Positions 12,510-22,256 of a DNA stretch of 64,000 nt are shown here, piece by piece (within the stretch, counting starts at the first letter, position 1; each line of letters opens with the position of its first letter). Below the pieces are notes generated by a model, which worked only from the letters and a program-made list of their open reading frames with translations, was not told the origin of the DNA and ran no database searches. The position numbers were made by a program, and so were the translations under genes. The DNA is from Gemmatimonas sp. (lineage in GTDB: Bacteria; Gemmatimonadota; Gemmatimonadetes; Gemmatimonadales; Gemmatimonadaceae), in the NCBI GenBank assembly GCA_965279375.1, contig OZ257156.1, positions 160,001 through 224,000 of the forward strand. Reading direction: 5' to 3'.

Positions 12510-13276
12510 CGCTCCGCGTGTCGGCCGGCGAGTGCATCCATCAGGTCGAACTCCTCGTTCGATCGCAGATCCACGGCCTTCGCGCGACGCAGCTCAGTGA
12601 ATGACGATTGTCCGAAATCGCTGTTGATGAGGATGGCGCCAACGAGGACGAGATAGCGCGCATTGTTGTACGTGGTCTTGGATGCGAGTAGGTCGATACG
12701 CGCCGAGATCGCCTCGTTCATCACTTCCGTGGCTTCCTTGAGCGGATGCGTCGCCGCCAGAACGCGCGCACGTTCCCGTAGCAGAATCTGCTCGATGGTG
12801 TTCTGCTGATAGTCCAGCGTGTTCACATCGTCGGGAATGATGTGTCCCGACTGGAGCTTCGCTAACGCTGCCCGACATGCTCCGCAACAGCCGCTCGGCT
12901 TGTGCTGACCCTCGCGGAGGATCTGCCCGAGATTCCCTTGCGTGTCGATCCCAATGTGCGGCGCGTGATAAATGAACACCGCCCCATCGTCGGGCACGTG
13001 CCCGGCAAATGCGCCCATTCCCGTGAGTCCTGTAAACGGGAATCCGTCGAGGCCGCCCATTTTGAAAGGCCCCAGCATCTCGTAGGCGCGCTTGGGATAC
13101 TCGATGCTGTTCACGTCATCGCTGCAGATGCTGTCCGCCAGCATCACTCGATTGGGCGGCAGCCCAAAGCGCGTCTTGAACAGGTCCAGCAGCCGATCCA
13201 CGGATTCCATCGTGGTCATGGCGTTCGGATAGTGTCGGCGAACCGTCGCGGCAAAATCGTCTGTAGTCATGATCAC
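12506..13276 (-). CDS. LCIB/LCIC-family (theta-type) carbonic anhydrase-like protein
   Basis: ICSDD, GGLDGFPFTGLTGMGAF, PHIGI and CCGA give the Cys/His/Cys zinc-ligand pattern of the LCIB family. Start is GTG 13276 or ATG 13270. Confidence 0.75.
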   Translation of the reverse strand: MIMTTDDFAATVRRHYPNAMTTMESVDRLLDLFKTRFGLPPNRVMLADSICSDDVNSIEYPKRAYEMLGPFKMGGLDGFPFTGLTGMGAFAGHVPDDGAVFIYHAPHIGIDTQGNLGQILREGQHKPSGCCGACRAALAKLQSGHIIPDDVNTLDYQQNTIEQILLRERARVLAATHPLKEATEVMNEAISARIDLLASKTTYNNARYLVLVGAILINSDFGQSSFTELRRAKAVDLRSNEEFDLMDALAGRHAER

Positions 13277-14295
13277 ATCAGAATGTTGTTGTGAGGCAGC
13301 AGCGGAGCGGGAATGTCCGCTTCGCCCAACATCTCTCGCAAGTCGATCTCGATCGTGCGTGTCATCGCTGTAATCGGCACATCATTGACGTTGCCCTCGA
13401 ACGGATTCTCGGTCGCTTCGCCGATACGCTCCATCATCAGGAACACCCACGCAACCAGCGCCGAAAAGGGAATGGTGAGCCATGCGAAGCCAGCGCCAAG
13501 TTTGGCGAACTCACTGAGCATCCCGAGCGGTACCAGCCCGTTGAACAACCGGATGAACATCAGGTTGACCGTCGCGTACTGACGCGGATACGGAAAGTTC
13601 TTGATGCGTTCGCACTTCCCTTGCTGCGTGTAGAGATCCACGAGCAGGTTCTGCATCTCCACCTGTCGCAATTCCGACAGCAGTCCGCGCGCATGCAGTT
13701 CGCGGAGGTCGCTCGACTGAAGCGCGATCAGCTGCGTCGCCACGTTGGACTTTCCCAGTACCCGTGACTTCTCGTCGGCACTGATCAGTCCCGTCAGCGC
13801 GTCGGCGAGTGTGGCGCCATCCTGCTCCTCGACAGAAAACTTGACTCTGTATTCGCGGTTCTGCTCCTTCTGCATGTTCTCCCACCCTCGTGGCGCGCGC
13901 AGCTGAAAGCGCAACGCGTGCAACCACGCGAGGTGTCGGTGCATCAACCGCGTGTGCGCCGCGTTGAGGTCGGCTGATCTGTTCGCGCTCTCGGCGCTCT
14001 CAACGGCGACGAAATCCATGGCCATGATGCCCCACGACCGGCTGGTGTTGACGATCGCACCGTAGATCTGGCGAGCCTCCCACAAGCGATTGTAGCTGGC
14101 GTTGTTCTTGAAGCCGACCATGAATGCGACGGCCGTTCCGACAACGGCGATCGGCACCCACGGGATCGCGAGCCAGCTCCAGCCGAGCGCTTGATGGAGC
14201 GCCGTGGGTATCGCTCCCACGAGCAGGTAGAACAGAATGTCGCGACGAGTCCAGTAGAGGACTTCCCGAAGTGTGAATCGGCGACCGGTATGCAT
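13273..14295 (-). CDS. Bestrophin-family anion channel (YneE-like)
   Basis: FKNNASYNRLWEARQIYGAIVN, CERIKNFPYP and ENPFEG motifs, with TM segments. Confidence 0.9.
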   Translation of the reverse strand: MHTGRRFTLREVLYWTRRDILFYLLVGAIPTALHQALGWSWLAIPWVPIAVVGTAVAFMVGFKNNASYNRLWEARQIYGAIVNTSRSWGIMAMDFVAVESAESANRSADLNAAHTRLMHRHLAWLHALRFQLRAPRGWENMQKEQNREYRVKFSVEEQDGATLADALTGLISADEKSRVLGKSNVATQLIALQSSDLRELHARGLLSELRQVEMQNLLVDLYTQQGKCERIKNFPYPRQYATVNLMFIRLFNGLVPLGMLSEFAKLGAGFAWLTIPFSALVAWVFLMMERIGEATENPFEGNVNDVPITAMTRTIEIDLREMLGEADIPAPLLPHNNILM

Positions 14296-14337
14296 TGCGG
14301 AGCGTGTTGATCGTGCAGTTGGGGACGCGGCAGCGCG

Positions 14338-14715
14338 TCACGCGCCGGTCGAGGCGCGCGCTGCCAATGGATGACCAAGCGCGAGGATCACGAATGCCAG
14401 CACTACCACCCAACTTTCCCCAAGCAATCCCTTCCAATCGTGCAGGTGTGCGAACTGCACCAACAGAAACATGATGACGCCGAGGTTCATCCAACTGCCC
14501 CAAACAAAGGTCTTGGGGAAGAACATCATCACGCACCCAGCAAACCCGATCACACCAAGCAGTTGTCGAAGGGGAGCGCTTGTTCCGAATGGCTCGAAGA
14601 ACTTCACCATCGCTTCGCTGCCGGTGACCATTCCCCAGCCAGCGCGGAGGCTCATCCACGCCATCAACAGCATCAGTACGCCACTCAGCGCCCGCAGCAC
14701 CATGTTCATTTCCAT
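14338..14715 (-). CDS. Small DoxX-like membrane protein
   Basis: About 125 aa with four hydrophobic segments and a DoxX-like layout. Start MEMNMVLR. Confidence 0.6.
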   Translation of the reverse strand: MEMNMVLRALSGVLMLLMAWMSLRAGWGMVTGSEAMVKFFEPFGTSAPLRQLLGVIGFAGCVMMFFPKTFVWGSWMNLGVIMFLLVQFAHLHDWKGLLGESWVVVLAFVILALGHPLAARASTGA

Positions 14716-15111
14716 CGCAAGATCGGGTTGCGGGGCTCGGCGCCGAGCCCCGGGTTTCTCTTCCCTGGGCCGCGCTGCTCGCCCGGCGAAATTGTACTGC
14801 CGTGGCTGCGAGCTCGGCGGCGGCGCCCGTTGCCGAACGCGAGTTCTGCGCGACCGCCGCTTCACCGGGTACGTCGACTGGACGTTGGCGCGTCCAGGTC
14901 GGCTGCCGTCGCTGCGCCCGCCGTCGACCGCGATTCCCGTGCGGTTATCGGATACGCTGCTGACCGATTGTTGCCATTATCATCGGCCGCAAGGAGATCA
15001 TTGCGGCAGAGGCAACGGCGTTGGTGTGAACGGAAGCGGACGAGCAGGCACCGCGCACACGCCGCGCAGCGTCGTTCCGGCAATTGATGGACGCCGCGTT
15101 TTACGGCGGGG

Positions 15112-16614
15112 TCATTTGGCTGGGCCTTCGAGCAGCTTCAGTCTGGCCTTTGCGTCCGCATTGTCTGGATTGAGGCGAAGCGCGCGTCGGTACATCGCTG
15201 CGGCCTGATCGCGGCGGCCCGCTGCCTCCAACATCTCGCCATAGCTCTCGCTCAGATTGTCGTCGGACGGCCAGAGCGCGATCGCCGCGCGGAACGTCGA
15301 CAGAGCATCGGTCACGCGCCCGTTCTCGGAAAAATGATATCCGAGGTTGTTCAGATCATTCGCGCTCAAGCTATAGCTCGTTGTGTCGTCCTTGTTCTGT
15401 AGCAGGGCAACGAAGGCCGCATCCTCCCCCTCGGCCGCGAGCGTGCGAGCGTAAATACGCGTCAGCGATCGAGGCGTAGACATGGGCGCGCGACCATTGA
15501 GCATCCGCAATGCCGATAGCCCCATCCTGTAGACATTCTCACTCTCTGTATTGTCGAAAATGACGACCGTCTGATCCGAGTCGAGATTCCGCATGAAGAT
15601 CGTGACGCACCCTGGCATGCCGCCGGCGTGCCACGCGATGCGGCCTTCCGAGCGGTCGCGGAAGATGAACCAGCCGAGCCCGAGGTCCGCCTCGCCCATG
15701 CCGCCGAAGTTCAGCCAGACGTGGACCGGCGTTCCGTCGGCCAGCTTCTGCGGCGTGACCGCCGAGTCCAGCGTCGCCGGCTTGAGCAAGCGGCCATCCC
15801 TGAGGGCCCGATCGAATCGCAGCATATCGCCGGTCGTGCTGACGATACCACCGTTGCCGTAGGTACGACCGTTGTAGTAGCTCTTCGCGCCGTCCAGGCG
15901 CGTGCGTTGGTTCGAAAACCGCAGCGGATACGCGTAGTTCTGCGCAAAAAGCGGCGTATCGGGACGGTTGATCAGCGCGCTCTTGAGATAGGTCTGTCGC
16001 ATACCGGCGGGGCGCAGGATGCGGCTTGCGAGATAGGCGTCGAACCGCTGGCCGGACCGCACCTCCACCAAACGCGCCAGCAACTGATAGCCGAGATTAC
16101 TGTACCACCATTTCTCGCCTTGCTTGAGCGCAGGTGACACGCCCGACGCCGCGATCGCTGGAACGAGATCGCGCATTTCCATCGGTCGACCGAGCGTCTG
16201 TGCATAGCTCGGCGCGATTTCCTGCTCCGACATTCCGGACGAATGCGAAAGCAATTGCCGAACCGTGACGCCCTTGTAGGGAAACTCCGGGACGTAACGC
16301 GCCAGCGGTGCGTCGAGAGCGATCGACCCGCGCTCGACCAGTTGGAGGATCGCCACGGCGGTGAAGAGCTTGCCGACCGACGCCATTTCGAACTCGGTAT
16401 CCGCGGCGTTCGGTCGCTGATTCTCGAAATCGGCATAACCGAACGACCGGGCGTAGATCACGCGCCCCTTCTCCGCGACAAGCACGTTGCCGTTTAAGCC
16501 ACCGCTGCTCGCGTGCGCCCCAAAGAAGGCGTCAAGCTTCGCTGCGCGGTCCTGCGCAGCGGCCGGGGATGGCAGAAGAATCAACAGCGCGGCGGCCAGC
16601 CAACGATTTCCCAT
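15112..16614 (-). CDS. Secreted serine hydrolase (beta-lactamase-like) with C-terminal TPR
   Basis: Signal peptide, SVGK, YSN, HAGG and TPR-like end (YRRALRLNPDN). Confidence 0.9.
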   Translation of the reverse strand: MGNRWLAAALLILLPSPAAAQDRAAKLDAFFGAHASSGGLNGNVLVAEKGRVIYARSFGYADFENQRPNAADTEFEMASVGKLFTAVAILQLVERGSIALDAPLARYVPEFPYKGVTVRQLLSHSSGMSEQEIAPSYAQTLGRPMEMRDLVPAIAASGVSPALKQGEKWWYSNLGYQLLARLVEVRSGQRFDAYLASRILRPAGMRQTYLKSALINRPDTPLFAQNYAYPLRFSNQRTRLDGAKSYYNGRTYGNGGIVSTTGDMLRFDRALRDGRLLKPATLDSAVTPQKLADGTPVHVWLNFGGMGEADLGLGWFIFRDRSEGRIAWHAGGMPGCVTIFMRNLDSDQTVVIFDNTESENVYRMGLSALRMLNGRAPMSTPRSLTRIYARTLAAEGEDAAFVALLQNKDDTTSYSLSANDLNNLGYHFSENGRVTDALSTFRAAIALWPSDDNLSESYGEMLEAAGRRDQAAAMYRRALRLNPDNADAKARLKLLEGPAK

Positions 16615-16739
16615 GGTGTATTTCGGACTCCGTTCTCAGGTTGGATTGTCATCTCATCTTTGATGTCAATCGTACTGAAAAGGTTGGGTCAGCGCCGATG
16701 TGCCTCGCGGAACTCGACGGCCCCCCGCGGACCGACCGC

Positions 16740-17294
16740 TCAGGCCTTCGCCAACCGCGCCGACGCGCCACGCCGCTCCGCACGAATCGCCACCACCAGC
16801 GACTTCACCACCGGCAGCAGACTCAACGCACCCGTCCACAGCGCGGCGTCTGCAAAGTTCATCACCATGGTGCTGCTCGGCGTCAGCTGAATGGCGAAGA
16901 AGTCCGTCACGCCCGGCGGACCAAAGAGCATGCTGGCCATGTTCCCCATCGCACCACCGGCCACCAACCCGAGCGCGATGCTCGCACGCGGATCGACCTG
17001 CGAGAGCTGCCGCACGATCATCGTGATCATCGCCAGCGCCGCCCCTGTGACCAGCACGTTCAGGTGCCAGGTGTAGGGTCCCACGCTCACGCTGCCGGCG
17101 CTGCCGGTGTTGTACGTCAGCATCAGACCGAAGCGACCCGCCATCTGCCACAGCTCTCCAACGTCGAGCGTGCGCACCGCCGCAAACTTGGTCAGCCAAT
17201 CGAGCGACGCGGCGAGCGCCGCCACGCCGAAGTACAGTGCGAAGCTGACGGGAGAGTTGCTGGACGGGTCGGGGCGAAACGTCGACGATCGCAT
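16740..17294 (-). CDS. lspA: Lipoprotein signal peptidase II-like protein (atypical)
   Basis: DWLTK, YNTGSA, GGAMGN, VTDF, NFAD motifs. Confidence 0.7.
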   Translation of the reverse strand: MRSSTFRPDPSSNSPVSFALYFGVAALAASLDWLTKFAAVRTLDVGELWQMAGRFGLMLTYNTGSAGSVSVGPYTWHLNVLVTGAALAMITMIVRQLSQVDPRASIALGLVAGGAMGNMASMLFGPPGVTDFFAIQLTPSSTMVMNFADAALWTGALSLLPVVKSLVVAIRAERRGASARLAKA

Positions 17295-17450
17295 GAGTCC
17301 GGGCTCCAGAGCGTGAGGCACAGACCGTGAGCGCGATTGCTCAGCGGACGACATCCTCCATCGCACCCATCATGCCGCGTGACGGACCGGGCCATTGGCT
17401 CGGATTCGGCCTCGCCGTATAACCATAAGTCATTATCCAGCAACACGATA

Positions 17451-17505
17451 CAAAAACGAGCCGACTCCCGGCCCTCACGTGGAGGCGCCTGGGAATCGAG
17501 CTCGT
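17451..17505 (-). terminator. Probable intrinsic terminator downstream of rnd
   Basis: On the minus strand, an imperfect stem ACGAGC...GCTCGT is followed by TTTTG. Confidence 0.5.
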
Positions 17506-17579
17506 CTGTTGCAACTTCACCTCACCCCCGCCGCCCTGTTGCGACAGGCCAACAACAGATCAGACGCGAAGGGCGCTGA

Positions 17580-18848
17580 TCAGTCTTCGGATTTGTACGG
17601 CGACTCGTCCGGTCGCGCGGGCGCTGCGGCGGCGGTCGCAGTTACGGCGGCCTTGGGGGCACTCCCGGACTTGGGCGGAGACTGCGGCGGAACGGCGGCC
17701 TTGCTCGACGCGGTGAACGACGCGAGCGCCTGCACGAAACCAGCGCCAAGCACCTCCACCTGCCAGCGACGGAGCTCCGGAACCTCGAGCAGATCGTCGG
17801 GGTGACGCGGGTTGCGACGCGCGGCCGCTTCCATACGATCACGCGAGCAGAGCACGCCCGGGTCGAGATCGAGCTCTGTGGCCATCGCATCACGCACCGT
17901 CTTGAGCTTCGCGACGCGCTCGTCGAAATCGGGATCGCGATCCCAACGCGCCGACTTGGCGAAGCGCGGTAGCTCCGACTCGGGCACCGCATTGCCGCGC
18001 ACGATCGCCTGCAACGCTTCGACTGCGCGCGAGTCGGACATGCCCCGCGGAAATCCCTTCACCGCAAACAGTGCTTCTCGCGTTGTGGGTGCCGTGCGCA
18101 CGAGATCGAAGAGCACCTCGTTACCCGCCACGCGGAACGTCGCGCGATCGAGTTCGGCGGCGATGCCGTCACGCCACCGCACCAGTTCGCGCAGACGCGC
18201 GAGTTCACGACGTGTCAGATCACGCGCGCCTTTGATCTTGAGGAAGCTCGTGTCCGGCTCCTCCACATCCCACTTGGTGCCTTCGGCGCGCTGAAATTCT
18301 TCCTGCGCCCAGTGCAGGCGACCCTTCGCTTCGAGCGCGTCGCGCAAACGATCGCGCAAGCCAAGCAAGTGGCGCGTGTCGTGCGATGCATAGTCGAGCA
18401 TGTCTTGCGTCAGCGGTCGCATGCTCCAGTCAGCGCGCTGATGCTTCTTGTCGAGCTTGAGCGAAAAGAACTGCTCGAGCAACGCGGCCAGGCCGAAGGC
18501 GCGAATGCCCAGGAGCTGCGCGGCGACACGTGTGTCGAACAGATGCGTGACACGCCAGCCGTAGTCCTTGTGCATGAGCCGCAAGTCGTAGTCGGCGTCG
18601 TGCAGCACGACTTCGATGTCGCGATCTTCGAGCAGCGCGCCGAGTCGCTCAGGCGTACCGATCGGCAGCGGATCGATGATTGCATCGTGCTCATCGGTCG
18701 ACAGCTGCAACAGGTAGATACGATCGACGAACCGGTGAAAGCTGGCGCCTTCGGTGTCGAGCGCGATGGCGCGGGTCCCCGAGAGTTTCTCGAGGAATCG
18801 ATCCACGGCCTCGGCCGTATCGAGATAGTGGAATGCGGGTGCAGGCAT
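17580..18848 (-). CDS. rnd: Ribonuclease D (DEDDy exonuclease with HRDC domains)
   Basis: ALDTE, HDADYDL, DTRVAA, DWSMRPL, YASHD and two HRDC-like regions. Confidence 0.9.
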   Translation of the reverse strand: MPAPAFHYLDTAEAVDRFLEKLSGTRAIALDTEGASFHRFVDRIYLLQLSTDEHDAIIDPLPIGTPERLGALLEDRDIEVVLHDADYDLRLMHKDYGWRVTHLFDTRVAAQLLGIRAFGLAALLEQFFSLKLDKKHQRADWSMRPLTQDMLDYASHDTRHLLGLRDRLRDALEAKGRLHWAQEEFQRAEGTKWDVEEPDTSFLKIKGARDLTRRELARLRELVRWRDGIAAELDRATFRVAGNEVLFDLVRTAPTTREALFAVKGFPRGMSDSRAVEALQAIVRGNAVPESELPRFAKSARWDRDPDFDERVAKLKTVRDAMATELDLDPGVLCSRDRMEAAARRNPRHPDDLLEVPELRRWQVEVLGAGFVQALASFTASSKAAVPPQSPPKSGSAPKAAVTATAAAAPARPDESPYKSED

Positions 18849-18941
18849 GAGTAGACGTAACCTACACCGGACCACGGCTCAGGAAGCAGAGGTATCGCAA
18901 TTCGTCATTCCCCCGTACGCCCCCTTGCTCCGGATGCTGTC

Positions 18942-20336
18942 GTGACTGAGAGTTCGACCCTTATGCCTACTGACGCGAATGTGCCCGCGCCCGAGTCGCC
19001 CATGGCGGCCGCCCACCCGCCGTTCAGTTGGCGCACCGGCGACGTGGCGCGTGCAGCGCTTGTCGCGCTGGCCGTCTGGTTCGGCCTCCAGCTCTTCTGG
19101 GCGGTCAACTCGCTCGTCTTTCTGGTCTTTCTGGCGACGCTCTTCGGGCTCGCTGTGGCCAAGGGCGTGGACTACCTCGAGCGCTACAAGATCCGGCGCG
19201 GGATCGGCGCGGCGCTGATCGTCTTCGGGACCTTGGGCGTCATCGGCGGCGGACTGGCGATCACCGCGCCGACGCTCGTCGAGCAGGGGCGCGAGCTGCA
19301 GAACGAGTTCCCCGCCGCCGTGAAGCAGCTGCAGACATGGGTGGACTCCAAGCGGGGCGGTTTCTGGGGCTCCTTGCTCAAGGGCGCTGCAGGGCCGACC
19401 GCGGCCGCGCCAGCCACGGCAGCGCCAGCGACGAGCACCCCGACCGCTGCGGCCCCCGCAACCGGGTCGCCTGGCTTGGCCCCCGCGCCAATCGGGCAGC
19501 GCCCGGCGGGCGCGACGGCCGCAGCGCCCCAGTCCGACGTTATTGCGCAGAAGCTCACCGGTGCGCTGTCAGGCGCCAGCAAGTATCTGCTCTCGTTCGT
19601 ATCCAACACGCTCGCCGTTCTCGGGGCCTTCGTGTTCATCGTCTTCCTCGCCATCTACATCGGCGCGGAGCCCGAGGTCTATCGAGGCTGGCTGCTCTCC
19701 ACCGTACCCGCCGCGTCGCGCGCGCAGGTGCGTATCGTACTGCGCGAGGTCTCCACGGTCCTGCGCAAATGGCTGGTCACGCAGCTCATCGCCATGCTCG
19801 TCATCGGCGCGGCGAGCACGATCATCCTGTTGCTCCTTGGCGTGAAGGCGCCGTACGCGCTCGGCTTCATTGCAGGATTGCTCGAGTTCATCCCCACCGT
19901 AGGGCCGATTCTCAGTGCGGTGCCGGCGATCATCATGGGCTTCGTGGATTCGCCGGAGAAGGCGGCCACTGTGTTGGTGGCCTACTGGGGCATCCAGTTC
20001 GTCGAGAACAACCTGCTCATCCCGTTCCTGATGCGCGGCGAGATGGATCTGCCGCCGGCGATCACGCTGATCGCCCAGACGCTGATGACACTCGTCTTCG
20101 GCTTCGTTGGACTCATGGTGGCGGTGCCGCTGACGGCGGCGGTTCTCGTTCCGCTGCGCATGATCGCCGAGCGTGAGAACGAGCGCGAGCGGGATCTGCA
20201 CCGCGAGCGGAAGCTGGCCGCGCAGGCGCTCTCCGATGTCGAGAATCCCGATCAGGTGGTCTCTGACGCGGACAAGGGACCGGGGCCGTACAATCGGCTC
20301 CCTTCCACGACCGCCACACTCAAGAAGATCACATGA
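18942..20336 (+). CDS. AI-2E family transporter with a Pro/Ala/Thr-rich insert
   Basis: Multi-TM, FIPTVGP and QFVENNLLIP motifs. Confidence 0.88.
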   Translation: MTESSTLMPTDANVPAPESPMAAAHPPFSWRTGDVARAALVALAVWFGLQLFWAVNSLVFLVFLATLFGLAVAKGVDYLERYKIRRGIGAALIVFGTLGVIGGGLAITAPTLVEQGRELQNEFPAAVKQLQTWVDSKRGGFWGSLLKGAAGPTAAAPATAAPATSTPTAAAPATGSPGLAPAPIGQRPAGATAAAPQSDVIAQKLTGALSGASKYLLSFVSNTLAVLGAFVFIVFLAIYIGAEPEVYRGWLLSTVPAASRAQVRIVLREVSTVLRKWLVTQLIAMLVIGAASTIILLLLGVKAPYALGFIAGLLEFIPTVGPILSAVPAIIMGFVDSPEKAATVLVAYWGIQFVENNLLIPFLMRGEMDLPPAITLIAQTLMTLVFGFVGLMVAVPLTAAVLVPLRMIAERENERERDLHRERKLAAQALSDVENPDQVVSDADKGPGPYNRLPSTTATLKKIT

Positions 20337-21133
20337 TCGCTCGTGTGAATGGGATCGATGTGGCCTACGACGACAAGGGCGGCGGTCTCCCCGTGGTCTT
20401 CGTGCACGGCTTCCCGCTCGATCGCATGCTCTGGGTACATCAACGCAGCGCGCTCTCGGCGCGCGTGCGGTGCATCGTCCCCGACCTGCGCGGCTTTGGC
20501 GAGTCAGGGGTCGATGGCCCGTACTCGATGGACCAGTATGCCGACGACCTGGTTGCGCTGCTCGATCATCTGGATATCGAGTCGGCGGCGATCTGCGGGC
20601 TCTCGATGGGTGGATACATCGCGATGGCGATGTGGCGACGACACGCCGCGCGGATTCGTGCGATGGTGCTCTGCGACACGCGCATGGGCGCAGACAGCGA
20701 CGCCGTGCGGGCCAAACGCGATACCATGATCGCTCTGACCGAGTCCGAAGGCGCCGCAGCGATCGCGAATGCGCAGATCGGTGGTCTGATCGGCGCGACC
20801 ACGCGACAGCGCTCCCCCGATGTGGAAGCGACCATTGAGGCGATGATGGCGCGTCAGCCGGTCGCGGGCATTGTGGGGGCGCTCGGCGCCCTGCGCGACA
20901 GACCGGACTCACGGGAGACCGTCCGGTCGATTAGCGTTCCCACGCTTGTGATCGTTGGCGACGAGGATACCGTGACGCCGCCCGCGGACGCACAGGCGAT
21001 GCTGGACGCACTCCCCGAGAGCGCCGCCGCGCGACTGCAGGTCATCGCCGGCGCCGGTCACGTGTCGTGTCTCGAGCGTCCAGCCGCCGTGACACACGCG
21101 CTCGCAGACTTTCTGGCCACCGTGCCCGTCTGA
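20333..21133 (+). CDS. Alpha/beta hydrolase (enol-lactonase-like)
   Basis: HGFP, DLRGFG, GLSMGG, GAGH. ATGA overlap with the upstream gene. Confidence 0.88.
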   Translation: MIARVNGIDVAYDDKGGGLPVVFVHGFPLDRMLWVHQRSALSARVRCIVPDLRGFGESGVDGPYSMDQYADDLVALLDHLDIESAAICGLSMGGYIAMAMWRRHAARIRAMVLCDTRMGADSDAVRAKRDTMIALTESEGAAAIANAQIGGLIGATTRQRSPDVEATIEAMMARQPVAGIVGALGALRDRPDSRETVRSISVPTLVIVGDEDTVTPPADAQAMLDALPESAAARLQVIAGAGHVSCLERPAAVTHALADFLATVPV

Positions 21134-21158
21134 GATTGCGCGACTCTACCCTGACCGC

Positions 21159-21773
21159 ATGCCCTCGATGACCGGGACTATCTCGGAGTCTGAACGTTCG
21201 TCTGCTGCCCGTATCGGGCAGGTGCTTTTCAAGAACCGTGGCTGGCTTCCTGTTCCGTTTCTGGCCGTGCCCCTGCTCGCGCCGGGCACGCAGACGGTGC
21301 AGACGTGGACCGTCGGTATCGCGCTGGTGCTGCTCGGCGAATTGATCCGCACGGCGGGCGTGGCGGCGGCAGGTACCGTCACGCGGCGCCGCTCGCGCGA
21401 TGTGCAACGCTTGGTCACCTACGGTGCGTTTGCCTGGTGCCGCAATCCGCTGTACGTCGGAAACTTCTTCGCGTGGATCGGCTTCACCGTCGCGTCGGGC
21501 GTGTTCTGGTTCGTGCCGGTGGCCATCGTCATCTTCGCGATCGAGTACACACTCATCGTGCGCTACGAAGAAGGCGTGCTCGAATCGATCTTCGGGCAGG
21601 AGTACCTCGACTACAAGCAGCGCACGCCGCGCTGGTTCGGCCGCCCGCCCGCGAATAGCACGCAGGGGCCGCACAACTGGGGCGAGGCCATCTGGAGCGA
21701 ACGCAGCACCTTTCTGCAGTACATCGCGCTCGGCGTCGCCTTCTGGCTCAAGGTGAAGTACTTCACGCACTGA
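21159..21773 (+). CDS. Isoprenylcysteine carboxyl methyltransferase / PEMT family membrane protein
   Basis: LVTYG...RNPLYVG...EE...FGQEY...PRW. Confidence 0.85.
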   Translation: MPSMTGTISESERSSAARIGQVLFKNRGWLPVPFLAVPLLAPGTQTVQTWTVGIALVLLGELIRTAGVAAAGTVTRRRSRDVQRLVTYGAFAWCRNPLYVGNFFAWIGFTVASGVFWFVPVAIVIFAIEYTLIVRYEEGVLESIFGQEYLDYKQRTPRWFGRPPANSTQGPHNWGEAIWSERSTFLQYIALGVAFWLKVKYFTH

Positions 21774-21795
21774 GCGCAGCAGCGGCCCACAAAGC

Positions 21796-21833
21796 AAACG
21801 CGCGAATCTTCCGGAGAAGATTCGCGCGTTTTG
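21796..21833. terminator. Bidirectional intrinsic terminator between convergent genes
   Basis: 16-bp perfect stem aaacgcgcgaatcttc / gaagattcgcgcgttt with a 4-nt loop and A/T ends. Confidence 0.85.
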
Positions 21834-21861
21834 CCATGCAGAACTTGTGCGGGATGAACGA

Positions 21862-22125
21862 TTACCGCGTCGGGCGTCCCGGCGGCGTCGGTCCCTTGAA
21901 GACTTCCTTGTTCTTGCCGATGAAGCTCTTGAGCTGGACCGGCACATCTTCCTCGGGGAAGATTGCCGTGACCGGGCACTCAGGCTCACAGGCGCCGCAA
22001 TCGATGCACTCGTCGGGGTGGATGTAGAGCTGATCCTCACCCTCGTAGATGCAATCGACCGGGCACACGTCGACGCACGACTTGTCCTTGACGGAAATGC
22101 AGGCTTCGGTGATGACGTATGGCAT
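21862..22125 (-). CDS. fdxA: Ferredoxin (FdxA-type, two clusters)
   Basis: [14 protein letters not shown] and [12 protein letters not shown]. Confidence 0.9.
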   Translation of the reverse strand: MPYVITEACISVKDKSCVDVCPVDCIYEGEDQLYIHPDECIDCGACEPECPVTAIFPEEDVPVQLKSFIGKNKEVFKGPTPPGRPTR

Positions 22126-22256
22126 GGCGGGGTATCTCGAGTCGGGCGCGCCCCGAACGGCCGGGGCTGTGTGAAGGACGGAAATTAGGGTGGGGTAGAC
22201 GGAGCTACAAGGCGCAACGATGCGTGGAAGCGCTCATCGCGCAGATGAGAAAATTC

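Noticed and set aside
14862..15083. 73-aa minus-strand ORF in the intergenic gap
   Set aside because: No recognisable motif or RBS, and composition looks non-coding.
17470..17505. tRNA/tmRNA 3'-end-like string on the minus strand (TCGATTCCCAGGCGCCTCCA)
   Set aside because: No TTCG T-loop, no CCA end and no cloverleaf upstream. Better explained as part of a terminator hairpin.
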